A DNA stretch of 63,969 bases, counting the filler, from Bipalium vagum (lineage: Eukaryota): assembly GCA_037834085.1 (NCBI GenBank). It is 3 parts of 3 records of this genome, joined end to end, with 100 filler letters (N's around TTAATTAATTAA, not from the genome) between each part and the next. Parts side by side here need not be neighbours in the genome. Positions count along the whole stretch, not along the records: positions 28,081 to 47,024 come from JBBMKC010015082.1; 2 more parts are not named here. One strand, written 5' to 3'. Positions 29,126 to 44,400 of this stretch are shown here, piece by piece. A program made the translations under genes and the position numbers. The notes under the pieces are model-generated. The model did not search any database. It was not told where the DNA came from and saw nothing but the letters and a program-made list of their open reading frames with translations. How positions within the stretch are numbered: position 1 is the first letter of the stretch; every line of letters starts with the position of its first letter.

Positions 29126-32100
29126 TAGCCATTAAAAATATTTAATTACCATTAGAAACTGTAACTTGTGAAAATTTAATAATTTTTAAAACTTTAAATT
29201 ATAAACATTTAATGAACGTTAATTGAGGTGTGAGGTCCTTATGTAAAAAATTCATTCACATTAATTATTTGGACCACTTCTTACAAACTTATTTCTTAAC
29301 AATAAAATGTAACAATAATTTTTCAGTGTTTTAACAAAAAAGTTAGAACTGAAAAAATGATCTCACAAATTTTAGATTTCATGTATTTCAGAATGAATAA
29401 AATTATATAAAATTTAATTTAAATAATAGATTGAAGTCCAATCTTATTATAGTCCTTTACATTCTTTCATTTATTTTTATTTATCTGGTTTACAACTTAG
29501 ACTATAATGATCAGTACAAGTTTAATCTTCCAACTAATTAATCTTAAATATTTTGTAATTCTAACAAAAAAGTAGTTATTACTGTCAGGTTTTAAGCTAA
29601 TTTCCTTTAAAAAATTGAAATAATGAAATAAAATGATGTCTTGAAGATCTAACCTTATCATAAGAACAGTGAATATTTATTAATTTAAATATCGTTAGAT
29701 TTTAATTAAAATACTTTTCATTTTTTTATAAAATCTTTAACAAGGTTTAACAAAAAATAAAATGCAAATCAAACTATTCACAAAACAAAAAAAAATACCG
29801 AAACTATTATTTATCAATCAAGTTCTATGGTTGTATTTTTATACAGGACCGAAACAGTATTCAGATCACCATTGAAATATAAAAACTCGAAAAATTTATC
29901 ACAATAATAATATTATGTAAAAATTAAAACAGAACATGGTGTATAATTTTGTGCTATTTGTAGAAAATTTCCTTTTCAATGCAATTCATTAACAAAGGAA
30001 TAAAAAATGGAAATATAAAAAGATTTTAAAATGTAACCATTAATAACCAAATTGAACTTCCTAAAAGACAAAATAAATGGGCCACGTTATTTATCTCTTA
30101 TGATTTAATTAATTTTGTAATGAGAAAAATCGTTATTTTAGTCTTGAAATGAATGTTGTTTCTCTCCAGACCATTTAAAATTGAACGAAACGAGCGGTAA
30201 TTAATTATTTCAAAAAATAATAACACTGTCTACTGACAAACAATTAGTAAATCATAATTATGGGAAATAATTAGCAAAATAATTTTTATTTAATAAACAT
30301 TTTATTTTATTAACTTCTGATTTTCAATCAATTAACAATTACCGAAATCAAACACAAAAAAAAATTAAAACTTTGTTTTTGGGACATTTCAACACAAAGT
30401 AATTTTATTGATTATTTCCCAATAAATTAATTTTATTCAAAAAACATAATTAGATTTTTCTTTTCATTTTACTAGAAAAATGAAATTAAAATTACTAAAT
30501 TCCAAAATCAAAATAAAAAATATTAAAAATAAATTAAAATATTATTTTTAAGTTAAAAGATTTAGTTATTATTTAAAGTAATTCAACATTAATTTGAAAT
30601 GAATGGATATTATCAAATTATTATTTTATTTCGTACAGTTAGTTTTATTTCAAAATTATTTCAAAATGTATTTTAATAAAATTAAATTTTTTTGTTATAA
30701 TAAATAGATAGGTCTTGTTGTATTACTACTAATACTACTACTGATGAATTAAATCTGCATTAATGATGTTTCAATGTAAACGACACATTTAATGTCATTA
30801 AATATTCAATATACAAAATGATAACATTCGAAAGTAAATCAGTCACCAACCAACCTGGTCTTTATTTATATTAATTATTTGATAATTCATGTACTTTGAA
30901 TAAATAATTAAAAATGAATATCTCACAGTGAGATAAACTGAAAATTGTGGACAATTTTAGCAAAAAAAAAGAAAACAGTGAAAAAAGTTGTTTACTTTTA
31001 AGCCATCATTTAAGTTCAGATGAAAGTTCAACCAAAAAAATAATCAAACTGAAATACGGGTTTAAAGTCGACAGTTGGATGATACAAAAGATTAAGCTTC
31101 GAGTTCATTAAGTAATTGGATTCAATACCAAATCAAATTTGCTCAATTTAGTTGTTTATGAGTCTTCCTTCGTGGACACTACTATACACTGAACAAGAAA
31201 ATTACAAGAAATCTTATAAACCAAGAAAAAATTTGCCAAGGGGTAATAATTTCTGCGAAATTTTTGGTTTTGTGAATGAGAAAATGAATCATGATAAGTA
31301 AATTTATCTAATAGGTTTTATTAAATAAAAATAATGAATATCAGTAAAATTTTCAAGCAAAAGTTCTTGAAAAATTAAAGACATTATCCTAAGCCTGTAA
31401 TATTTTCCCAGAAAATTAAATTCTGGGAACTTAAAAATGAAATATTTATTTAATGTGCACTACGGCAAAATTATTATGATAAAATGTGATTTAAAATTAT
31501 AATTCCTAGAATTAGAGATGAAATCAAAATACATTCAATAGGAAAAATGGAATATTAATAATTTCCAAGTAAAGATTTTATGAGAACTTTTAGAATTTTC
31601 TATATTATTTTCAACTCAAAAGTAACAGTTAAGTAAACAAAAACGATAGTGTCTTATTTAACTTTCATCATATTAATGGAAAATATTGGATTTTTTTAGA
31701 TTGAATATTTTATTAAAAATCGAACATGAGAGAAATCGGTTTGATTTTGCAATTATTGTAGGACATAAATTATATTGATGTATAATCTGTTACATATACT
31801 AAATTATTATAATTCGTCTTCTTTTTGGATTTCAGATTTTGCTGTATTGAATTAAAGATTGGGATTTCCAATACAAATTTATCTATAATGCTAAAAAGTA
31901 GAAAGTCTCGTGTGTGATATCTTTTACAAAAACCAATATTATCATAAATTGAATCTCGTAAATTAATCGCATTCATCTTAACCAATTTGAAGAATCAAAT
32001 TTAATAAACATTTGTTCATTTTTATAAGTGTTGTCCTAGAAAGATAAAATGAAAAATGGGAAAAAATAATTTAGTTATGACCAGCGAGTATTTCATAAAT

Positions 32101-33239
32101 GCAATGAGCTTCATCAGCTAAACATTGACAATTTTTTAATAACTACTGTCATAATTATTATAAAAAAAATTGGAAATTTTCTTTTTTATGGAAACTAGAA
32201 TTTTCAGTGTTGCATGTCGTTGTACATAATTACTTTATAAGCCTGATAATTTGCCCTATTGTCATTAAATGAGAAATATCGAAAATTATCTTCCTCGGAA
32301 ATTATAATTATTTCAAGATCTCCAATATAGACCTATTGTAATCAATAACAGAAATGTGTTTTACAATTATGTGACTTGATCTTTGGTGAAAATTAAATTA
32401 CATTTCTGTACTTCGTTTTTTATGGATATATCCTGTAAAAATAATTTTAGAAAAATATATTCACTTATACTGTAGATTCTGATCATTTTAAAGAGAATTC
32501 TCTTCATTTTTCCATTACGAAATGAATTTTTTATGACAATCAACCAATTATTCAATAATAGACTACATTATTATATTAATTAATTTCTTTTCCTATTTAT
32601 CAAAAGATTTCCATTAGCTTTATGTGAGTAAACCACTTTAAACAGATAGTATTTTAGAAAATAGTATCAGAAAATACAAAATGGTGACAAATGCACGCAA
32701 ATATAGAATTATTATTTCTATTTAATTTTTTATACAATTTAGACTAAATTAATTTTAAAGTTTCATCCTAAAATCAGTGACGGTAGCCAAGAAAAAAGTA
32801 AGCCTGAGATTAAATGTATTGATGCGAGAAAAATAATAATAGTTAGTAAAGAGTTGTTAAAGAAATTCTTTTTATTGAAAAATATTTTAAAATTATCAGA
32901 TTGAGAATTTTATTTCTTTCATAGCTGGATAAGAATATTTTCCGAGGCAACAGAAAGTACTTTGAATTTACTGGTAAAGTAATACTTTTTAAGTGTGGTG
33001 AAAGATATACAGTTAACATCATCAATCACGGAAAATATTCATAATATAATAGTTAATGAAGGTACTACAGCATTTTAAAAATAATTTCTAAAAGAATATA
33101 TAATATATTTAATATTAAAAGAAGTGTCATTGTCGATTCTTATTATTTAAAAACGAATTCCAATTATATTGAATTGAAAATACACTGAAAAGGAACAATA
33201 TTATTATGTTGTCCCATAAAACTGACGTTTTTTTTCAAA

Positions 33240-34110
33240 AGTTTCAAATGTAGTTTTATTTTACAAGACAAAATTCACGAACAAAAATAAAATCCATTGT
33301 TTTGACAGACAAGGGTCCATCGCTTGGCTATCTTATGGATTCAACTCCATACCATCCTGAGATCTGGAATAAAAAAAGTCATCGATTCTTCCTTTTCAAG
33401 GGACGGTCCTCAGAGAAAATACAACATTCAGCGAAACAAATGAAAGTCAGAAGCTGCGAGATCTGGTAAGCACGATGGGTTCAATTTCATCAAAGCTGTT
33501 GTTAGTTGGCACTGACTTCCGTGAAATATTAGGCTTTATGTTATCTGCTTGTAATAAAACCTTCTATTTGGTTAAAAAACGATATTTTTAGTCATAACTT
33601 TCTGCATTCTCTTAAATTTTGCTGAATAAATGTCTTAGTTTAAACTATTATCACCTGGCAGAAATTCCAATAAAAGGATTCTACCGCAATTAAAAAAATA
33701 ATATAACCTTTCTTCCGAATCGGTGTACTTTAAAACAAGAAAATGACGAATCATTTGTAGATAACCATTGACATTTTCAGTGTGGGTTATTAATAAGTAA
33801 GACTTTTTTTCATCTATGGCAACAAACATTTTGAAAATATAGTCATCCAACGAGTTTTTTGTGACTTAAAAATTTCAAGCCATTTATTTGCCTGACTTTC
33901 CGATAGTTCATAAATATGGTCGACTTGAGAACCTCTCTATTTTTAACAAATAAATTGAAGATTTCGTTGGATAGTGATTTTTTAAGAACCATGTTAATAA
34001 CAGAAAAGACATTCTTAATGTATCAACATAATAAGTCTTATTTTTGTAAAAACGATGAAAAAAATTGAATTTTAATAAAGAATCAGTTGTAGAAATAAGT
34101 TTGTCTTTCC
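33240..34110 (-). mobile_element. Mariner relic
   Basis: FVAIDEK, ILLLEFLPG, PDLAASDFHLFR. Confidence 0.7.
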
Positions 34111-35299
34111 GAATTCTCCTTATTAGCTAGCTAGTCACAAATTCAAAGATATCCAAAAATATTCACTCAGTACAAAATAAATTGAAGAATATAACACGAT
34201 TAGAAATCTTTTGATTTTAATTAATAATAAACATTACAATTCTAATTAATTTAAGATTTTTAGAAATGTTTACTAAATTTTGCAATTATCACCACAGTTT
34301 GAAAATAAAATAATCAAAAACTGATATTAAAAAGTGATAACGATGTCAGAATATAATTAAAAATTAATATGAAACTGGAAATAAAATTATTTCTTTTCTA
34401 TTATTCTTGCATTAATTATAAGTAAATATAAGAATAATCATTTTTGTCAGTTAAAATTGATTTTTTCAAATCTTCTTAATTTTTCATATTGACTAACAAT
34501 TTATCGAAAAATAATATATGTGATATAGCGGATTATTCAGATCTTCCACAATCCTTAAATAATTTAGAAAATTTATGGGAATAATGAATTCGTGCGATTT
34601 TTGCATTATAGAACACAATAAAAATTACTTATGCATATAATAATAATAAATAATAATAATAATGATTATATGGAAACCAAAATTATTCATTTGAGGAATT
34701 ATCCATTTATCAAATCTCTGAATTATAATAATTGTAATAGCAACTTTAAAAAGAGAAACAATAGTTTTAAAGTGAAATAGAACATTTTTTCATCACAAAA
34801 AGATATAAATCTAATTAAAATTGAAATTACTAAACTCTATTTATTGATGTATATGCAAAAGAAGGCAATGTTTTTCTCATAATTTTTAATGTATTTTAAG
34901 TCGAACACTAAATTATAATAAAATGATTAATTTTGATTAATGCAAACACAAAAAAAACTGCACAATTTGTTTTATTACCATTCTTGTGCATAAATAATTA
35001 GTTTTGAATATATTATTTTCTACCATAATATATGGAAAACAACGATCATTACAATAATGAAAATCAGGTTTTTTGAAGGAATATAAATTAATTTATAAAT
35101 ATCCTCACTTTTCATTAATGACATACTTCTAAAATGCAAAATTTTAGAAGCTAAAAAATTTACTTACATTAGGGAGAATCATTGTAGTTTATTCTAGCTT
35201 GTAATATAAATTAATAATAAAATTAAAAGGAAAATTTTTTCATGGAAATACTTTGATTGATCTGAAAAAAACATAGATTTGAGAATCAATTGAGCTACA

Positions 35300-35800
35300 A
35301 AAATATTTTTTGTTAAACAGCGAGTATTGTTGATTGGTTATTAAAGCCAAAATATTGATAGAATATAATGTATTTCTTTCACGTTCGGGAATGCTATTTT
35401 CAGATTTTCATTATAACCGGCCTTACATTTTATTTGATAATGAATAGAATCTATTCACGAGATCATGAAAAACTAACTAAATTTTAACCCACAATTTTCA
35501 GAGTAATTCCAGAAATTTTAATATAAGAAATATTTCAAGAAAAAAAGTAAAGAAAATGTTAGTGGCCATATGACCTCTCTTCAATGATTCATCAACAATT
35601 TTTCGCCTTCCAAACCGTTGATCACTGTTTATTTAGTATAATTTTTACTGTAGACAAATGTTTATTAATATTATTGATATCCAAAATCAATGAGGATTAT
35701 CAATTCTCTAACGAGACGATGACAAAAAACGGTTTGACGACTAACCTTTTTCAATATATTTACATTACTGCTGTTATTTTATGCCCGATGCATTTTAGTT
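35300..35800 (-). mobile_element. Possible Tc1-type HTH remnant
   Basis: INKHLSTVKIILNK...GRRKIVDE. Confidence 0.3.
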
Positions 35801-38269
35801 AAACATAACACTCAAGCAGATTATTAAATATGTATTTCACGTTTATTACATCCTTTAAAATATCCTAAATTAAAACTATTCTATATTACCTGAATTTCTA
35901 ATTAAGTAAATTTCTTCCTTCAGAAAATAGCTTGAAAATTTCCGCTTATAATAGCAATTTAGTTGTTTTATTAAGAGAAAAATAAAAAATTCCTTTTATA
36001 AATAATCTTAAATTACAAAAATATAAATATTTGAATTTGAAGAGAAAAAATATTTTTCAATGGAAAGATTTAAAAAAAAATAATATTTTTGGAAGATAAT
36101 AAACTAAAATATTAAATGATAACGAAAACCCATTTACACATTTTTTCATTTATATAAAAAATGCATAATAGAAATAAAGAAAAAATGTATAAAAAACAAT
36201 ATTAATCAGACTAAAAAAAGGAAAATTATATTTTTTTAATTTCTTACTAAAAACAATAATTTTTATTTCTTTCAAGTTTTTCTTCAAATAGAGCTTTAAG
36301 AAAAATTGTTTGACACAATATTAATCCTATTATACGTTTTATGACTGTTCACTTTTTTATTGAAGTGTCGACAATTATTAAAAAAAATCAATACCTAAGA
36401 AGTCTAAATAATATCTTTCTTTTAAGACTAATTCAAATCAAGTAAAAGTTGTAAAATCACCCTTATGTGAATTGATTTTCAGCGGGTTTAATGTCTCAGA
36501 TCTGTAATTTAATTTTAAAACATTCTTTTATTATATATCATATCTCAAAAAGTCATTTTCTTATTCTTGAAATGCAATTAAATTACTGAAAAACAAATTA
36601 CGGTTTTTACAGTGTACTTTATTTTTAAAATCACAGTTTACAAAATATAGGCACAATGACGGCTCATTGTACTTTGAGATTTTTTTGATTTTAACTTTGT
36701 TTTAAATGGATATAAACAAAAATAATTTTTCGTAGATTGATAACTGTTTTATATACAAAATTTTTATAAAAAAATATTTTCTACTTAATATATTTAATTA
36801 ATAATTAAAAGTTAATTAATTAATAATCAATATTTAGAAAATATTTTTAAAGATTTAATAATAAAAATTGTTAAATTAAATGCAAAGGTTGGTTTTTATT
36901 TTGGAGAACTAAGAATATGAAAAATATACATGTATACAAAAATTAATAGAATTCAAAAGTTAAGTTTATATAATATAATGAATATAATTATTAATATTTC
37001 CATGAATAATATTGGTATAAAATAAAATTTTAAAATAAACTATTTAAATTTTTAAAATAAATTCATAATTAAAGCCGATTTATTTAATAAACATATTATA
37101 ATAGTAAAAAATTGACTTTTTTTAATTTTGTAAAAATCTGTATAATTTAGGGTATTTTCACAATGACACTTACTGTTTAAAGGGACAAAAGTAAAAAAAA
37201 CTACATTATTAACTAACTAACAAATAAAAAATCCCTTTCAATTTACTTACAATACACAATTTGACTGACTGTCACGATAATTTGAAGGACATATCCAATA
37301 GAACACATTAATCAAATTAATAATATAAGAATGAAAGATACGTCTATCAAGCTGATCTGTGTTGCAAGTCAATTGGGAAAACTTCTAACATTATCATCTA
37401 TTTTTCCGTGACCCATAAATTCTAACGTGTTATGAATTTTAAAATCAAAAACTACTATTGAATTATTTATATACTAAAAGATTTTTCAAGCGTGCGTATA
37501 TTTTGAAATGAAGCCTCAAAAATAGAATTAAATATTTTATCAAATATATTTACATATATGTTAATTTTCAGACCATTAACTTGATTTCTGGAACCAAAAT
37601 TATTAGAAAACATTAAATGGTTGTATTGAAGCCTGTTATTGCTATAACTTCGGTATTTTATTGAAACACATTATGAATTCATCTATTGAACAGCTATCTG
37701 CACAATATATATTATATTTGCAATGCAGATCCGCTTACAGCAGATCATTGGTCACTAAAAATAGGGATTTAATATCATTTTATTATTATTCTGAATCAGT
37801 TACTTCCAATATAAGATTATTATATGATGTACGGAAACAACAATAACCAAAAATATGACTTTCACATTGAAAGACAAAATACATTAAGTTCGATTTACAC
37901 TAGTCTGAACAATTTAATTTTCTTATAATAACAATCATTATCATATAAATTTCGTATTGGTTCACAAAATATACATTAGTAAGAAATAGAAATATGATGT
38001 ACCATTAAATTTTAACCAGTTTATGTAGTTAGAAACAAATCTTTATAAGTATTATTAAAATTATTATATGAAATATCAAAATGATTAGACAAAAATATTT
38101 AAAAATCCCTATAAAAAGAATATTAAAGTACAAAATGTCACATTCTTTTAAAAATTTTATTTTTGATAGGGTTCAAGTTTTTACGAACAATCAATCTGAT
38201 ATTAATATGGAATTCTTTTAACATCGGAACCAAAGGGACACATACAATTAAGTAATAAAAAGCCAAAAA

Positions 38270-39305
38270 ACAAAACTATTTTTCACATAATAAATTAATT
38301 TCATTGAATCAAATATATTCCATTTTGTTAGATAACTTGTTGCCATTTACCTGTTAAATATATAATGCCATCACAGTAGAATTTCTGCGATTTCTGATCA
38401 ATAAACTGTATAATGTACTTTTCATGTTTTCTCTTCAAGACAGTGGAACTTTATTTTAAAAATTCTACTGTCAGACAGTACTAGATTAGGGGACTAAATT
38501 CTGGCTGCATCAGAATTTCTCAGCCATCTTCTTTAAAATTTTGGTGAGTCATTAAAGACATACGGGGACGGACATTGATGTAATGGAACAAAACAAAATT
38601 TCTATTGAGTAATTTAGGGAGGTTTTTTCTTTGCTTGATTTAATCTTTTAAGCTGATAAATATAAGATATACAATCATTTTTTCACCAGGTTTGATTCCT
38701 TAGCTTTGTAATCGTTTGTAAAGCTTCATATTTTTTGGACCAGGATCTTTTTCTCCCATTATTTTATCCATTTTTTATCTCTGGGAATAACATTTCTATA
38801 AAATACTTTAAGTTCAGTTTTTTTCAGTAAAGATTCACAATTTGAAATTCTGCTGATTAAATTCTTTACAAATAAATTATGAAATAACAAGCTTTTACAG
38901 ATTATTTAAAACAGTGTTTACAAATCTTGCTTGATTATTTATCATGATTTTATCATCTTTATCTGCGATTAGTCGTCCAAAGCGAGGTATATCTTTCAAT
39001 TCAAAGTGGCCTTGGCGAAATCACGTGAACCTCTCCCTCACCGTTCTTTCTGATATGGTATAAAACCCATTTTAACATGACTGTCAATTTCTTTTCAGGA
39101 AATAAAAATTCCTCATGTATCTGATTTTTTCTTTATTTTGAATTTTTTGCGACATTTTCTAATTATTATTTTATTATTTTCTTTATTTTAATGATTTAAT
39201 TATACTAAGACTTATAAATATTGATTTTAAAATTTATGTATTGTCTGTAATTCAAATTAAAACTGTCTATGAAGAAATTGGGGAACCATTTAGGTCACCT
39301 AATAT
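38270..39305 (-). mobile_element. Mariner relic, near full length
   Basis: TIR-like tattaggtgacctaaatggttcccc on minus strand; FRQGHFELKDIPRFGR; KKKPP..FVPLHQCPSP; PNLVLSD. Confidence 0.7.
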
Positions 39306-40889
39306 TTTTAAAAATATATTTCAAACTTATAATAGATAGATAAAGCTCTGTCGATATAATATATAATCATAATGATACCAATTGAATTCAAATATATAAG
39401 ATAAGAGTTTCGTACAAGAGTTATAGCATTCCAATTATCTTTAAATAGTTTGCCTTTCATAATAAATATTTAAGTTCATTGTGTAAGATATAGATAAAAT
39501 GCTATAAAGAAATAATTCCCATGGGAAAAAATCTGAATATCCATAATTTTTTTTGATAAGAAATACTATATTATGAAATCATCTTTAAAATGATATTATA
39601 TCATGTTTAAAAAACTGATATATACAAATTTTTTTATCAAAAGAAAATTTTAGGTTATTTTCAGACCTGGAATCCTAATAAAATTATTAATTTTCTTTTT
39701 TCCTTTTGCTCGCTCATATTATTGAGAAGTAAGTCTATCTAATGATCTATGAGAATATCTTTTTGTGTAAATTATTATAATAATTCTTGGTAGTGAAAAG
39801 AAAAGTAATACAATACACCATATAATCCAGATATTATGATTTATATAAATGACACAATTAACAAAAATGACTAATCCAATACAATATTTTAAATTATTAT
39901 CTGCAACCTTGAGAAAAACATCAAGAAATCGAAGCTGAGAAGTAAATTTTTAATATATATATTTTTTTTTTATTTAAAATTATAACTAAAGGAATATAAA
40001 GATCCAGATTTGCATTTTTCATTAACTGTATTCATTATTCATGATACTTATATTAATAATACCAAGGTACAAAAATTCTATTATAAGAAATATGTAAAAT
40101 TCTCTATTATATAAATGCAGTTTTGAAGGGATATTAATAGATTATGAATAAAAATTTGTTAAAAAACAAATAAATTAATGAATATTTATTACTTGAAAGA
40201 ATAGAACACACAATATAAGTTTAACTAGTAAATCAAGTTTTAGAGTATCAAATGAAATATTTGCATTTTTATATTGCATTTAAGTTTATTATAACTTAAA
40301 AAATCTAAGATTTATAATTTTTTAAGATTTGATTAAATTTATTACCATTTATTTATATTTTAATTATAAGTTCCAAAAAGATATTATTGATATTATTTAC
40401 ATTTAAATATCATTATTGCTGTGATATTACAAAAATAAAACCTTAAAAACTATTAATTTGATAACACTTTTATTGTAATTCTATAAAATTTGGTAGTTTT
40501 TAAAGTATTCTAATCAATTAAAAATTTCAATTAATAAGAGTGATCCAGATATTATCAAACACCTTTCACAGACTATATCAGTAATGATCCATAACCGAAA
40601 ATATATTTCAATATTTGAACACATAAAATTTCTGTAACCTAGTTTTAGGAATTAAGTAAGATAAATAGGAGAAAATTTCCATAACCATTTTTTTATTAAG
40701 TGAAAGTATTAGACTGTCGCGAAGTCGTGATACATTTTTACAACATATAGAAATAGTTAATTTTTTAATTTCTATATTTGCAATTATTTTATTAATATAT
40801 TATTCACCAATAGATATAAATTTATTGATTGGTAACTCTTTTATATAATGATTTCTTAACTTTCACAGATTTTGCAAACATTTAAAATA

Positions 40890-41200
40890 CAAGATGAAAA
40901 ATGAATTTTGGATGCTTTATTTTATTTATTCAAAGAGAAAACACATGTTAAGCTTGCGAAAAGTTGTGCAAAGTTTATGGTGACAAGTCTCAAACAATGG
41001 TAATGAAATTGTGGTTCAAGATATTCCATAAGTGACTTTTTTTATTAACGACGCTTAGTCAGGATGGTCATCTGAGGTTTAAGATGATAAAATAATGGAA
41101 TTAATTGAGCCAAATTCGCCGAAATATTGAACAATTATTCAACTGTTCATTACTATCTGAAAAAGATTGAATATATGATTGAGAAATAACTCGAATATAT
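40890..41200 (+). mobile_element. Mariner N-terminal fragment
   Basis: KVYGD..KLWFKIF..NDA*SG.SSEV.DDKIMELIE. Confidence 0.65.
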
Positions 41201-41229
41201 TTTGAGTATGGCAAAACTTACTACCTAAG

Positions 41230-41490
41230 TTTTATTAATCTATTTTCAATAGTCATTGTGACATGAGGTCTGGCATTATTGTGTTTCAGAATAATACATT
41301 TCCAGATAAGTATTATTGGCATGTATTTATAATTTTTTAGATTTAATCGGGTCTTCTGAGCAAAATAGAAACCAGGAGGTACTGGTTTCAACTTTTAGAA
41401 ATAACTCGTAATGAACTGGACATTTATTTTGCTCCACCAGTTGCATAGCATTCGTTTTTCCCATAAATATTTGTAAGTCAGTTGAGCCTT
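41230..41490 (-). mobile_element. Mariner catalytic-domain fragment (opposite orientation)
   Basis: LKHNNARPHVT. Confidence 0.6.
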
Positions 41491-44400
41491 ATAATTTAAT
41501 GTTTTACGAATTTCTCATAACCTGTTCATAAAGAAGAGGTTTATATTGGTGAATAACAAATATAGCAGAATAAATAACAAAATGATCTATTAGAACCAAT
41601 AAAATATAAAGATTACATTTACAAAGTTTCTGAATACATACTTTAAATTTTTTTAATTTTCTCAACATCGCAACAACGAATTTTCCACAGGTAGTCTGCA
41701 AAATATCATTAACACATATCCAACACCCAAAAAATAGATCATCTTGCAAATATAAATTATTAATGTTTCTGATCTCGTAACTCTTTTGGGTGATGAAATT
41801 GACTAATTTTCTACTCATTCTATTATTTAAAAATACTGAAAACTCATAAATTACAGATAAAAATATAAAATCGAAAGAAGGGATGACGCACAATCATGAT
41901 TGTGATTCAAAACCTTATACCACATAAAAATAAAACGCAAACAAGCTAATTATGTAAGAAGGTTAATAATACAAAATAAAAAATATTTGCTTCATGAAAA
42001 TAAAATCTTGATTGGGTACATTGGATTTTATAAAAGCTAATTATTAATTTTAAAAATGTTATACAATTAATAAAAATTAGAATTAAAAAGATGTAATGAT
42101 CCTTTTATCATGTATATTTATGATTTTGATTAATCAGATGAATATAGAAATTAATAAGATTAGTTTAGGCACAGAATATTCTCGAGTCTTATCAGTATAT
42201 AAGACGTTAATTAAACCCATTATTATAATTAAGAGTAGATTCTGAAACCAGTCAGTGTTAATAAATTAATTTTAACAAAGTTGTCACAAGTAATCAATCC
42301 ACAGAAGACCGTTTAGACAAAGATTTAGAAGAAAATGTAGTTCTTAATGTAATATATAGTTATAATGTAAATATTGAATTTTCTGACTAAAGAAGGATTT
42401 GTAAATTTTGATCGAAACATTTTCTTTTACAAAAACTAAATACGAAAAAATACAAAAAAATTATATAAAGCTTCAACATAAATTGTGCTGAAAGAAATAT
42501 TTACAATTTAATTGAAAAATTTACATTATTTTTGTTATTATTTATACATTTATCATTAACCAGACAAGCTACGTTTGAACATGTTTTATAAATTATCAAA
42601 TTATCTGTCCAGAGTTCACGAAGCTCATTTAAAGCGAATATGCAATCTGTGTTCTTCTTATAATCAAAAGTAACTGTTAACATAAACAAGCTATTCTGGA
42701 TAAGACAGTCACATAAATACAGTCAGTGCTGGTCATACATACATGTCAATAAAGTCATCAATAAAAAATAAAATGGTTTACTCAATATGTCCTTTTTATT
42801 AAATTTAGACAGCATCATTAGAAATTGAATAAAACTTAGCTTTGAAGTCAATTTAATAAAACAATAACATTTCGATTGATTTTTTCAAATGAAATTTCGT
42901 GTTCAAAAAGGGATATCACACTAACAATGATTATAAATAATTCCACAAAAATATTTATTAATCTCTCTTCAGAAAAATTCATATTACGTTCAACATTTTC
43001 TTTTTTATATTTATTTAGAATAAGCTAATTTCATATTATCAATGGTGTACCTTATTTTAAAATGCGAAAAATAGTGCTCAGAATATTTTTAATTCATTTA
43101 ACATCATAAATTATTTTTCATAACTATTTTTAATAGATTAAAGAATAAAAAATAGCTGGTTATTTTTAACATTTTCAGCCTCAAAATCAGGAAATGAATC
43201 AGAGCAAGAAGAATTAACCTTAATATAATAATTTGTATTGAACGCTCATTGGTTCTAGTTAAATTATGTTTGGTCTTCAAGCAGATATCAATTCTATTAA
43301 TAATAAACAAAGAAGTGGTGGATATTTATACCAGAATATTAATATATCTTATTAAATTGTTATTAAAAAAATTATTTGTTAAATTCGATATGAATCGACC
43401 GAGTTCTCAATTTTATCAGCTAGACTATGTTAAATATGCATATTCATTAAATTAATAGCATCTTAAAAATTAAACAAATGAACTGAATAATATAATTACG
43501 CATTCTTACTTAATTTAATTAATATATTTCTTAAATGGAAATGAGCAAAATATAATTTTCCAACACTTTTGCAAATCTTTCCAATTTTATTGTGATAAAT
43601 TGTTTAAAAATAATTAAATTTTATCTGCCAGATATACTTGAAAATTCTTAAGATGAATAATCAAAGAAGTAAAATATATTTTATAACGAAACATAATAAT
43701 GTATGTGAAAGAGTAATTTAATCGCATTTGAATTTACTTTTGAGCCAATATTAAATTAAGATCTAGACAATAAACTTAACTTTATTTCACAAAAAATAAT
43801 CACGAAAAAGAGAAATACTTTAAATAACAAATAAAATAAGTTCTTGAAAAAATCTTCATAAACTTCATACACATGATATAAATTAATGAAAGAGATAAAT
43901 AAAAACGAGGGCTTGGAATATAATTGAACATGATTAATGTTTTAATTATTCTTTAAAGGACTCACATTTATTTCCAAAACATTTTAATAATAAATTATGC
44001 TACTACGTATCTGCAATGAAGATAAACATTGTCTACATTATATAGTTGGGAATATACTTAATTTAATAAAATTGTATGGGTTTATCTATCTAACAATCTT
44101 AGTTTTGATAAGCTTCTATTCAAACAATTAAAGTGGACTGCCTTAGTCTCTTAAAATACTAACTATTGTTGATTATTTATGGTTTTAAGCAAATTTTCAG
44201 ATTCTACATTTTTACATATACTATTTGATTCTACTGATATCCAGTTTAGAGCTCTGATTAGATTACTAGTATCCTTATTATATTATTATTATTATTATTT
44301 TCATAAAATTTCTTTCAAATTTTATTGGACCATGTTGAATGCTTAGTCGATATTGGAACGATATTAAATGTATAACATAACGGTATTATTTTTTAATTTT

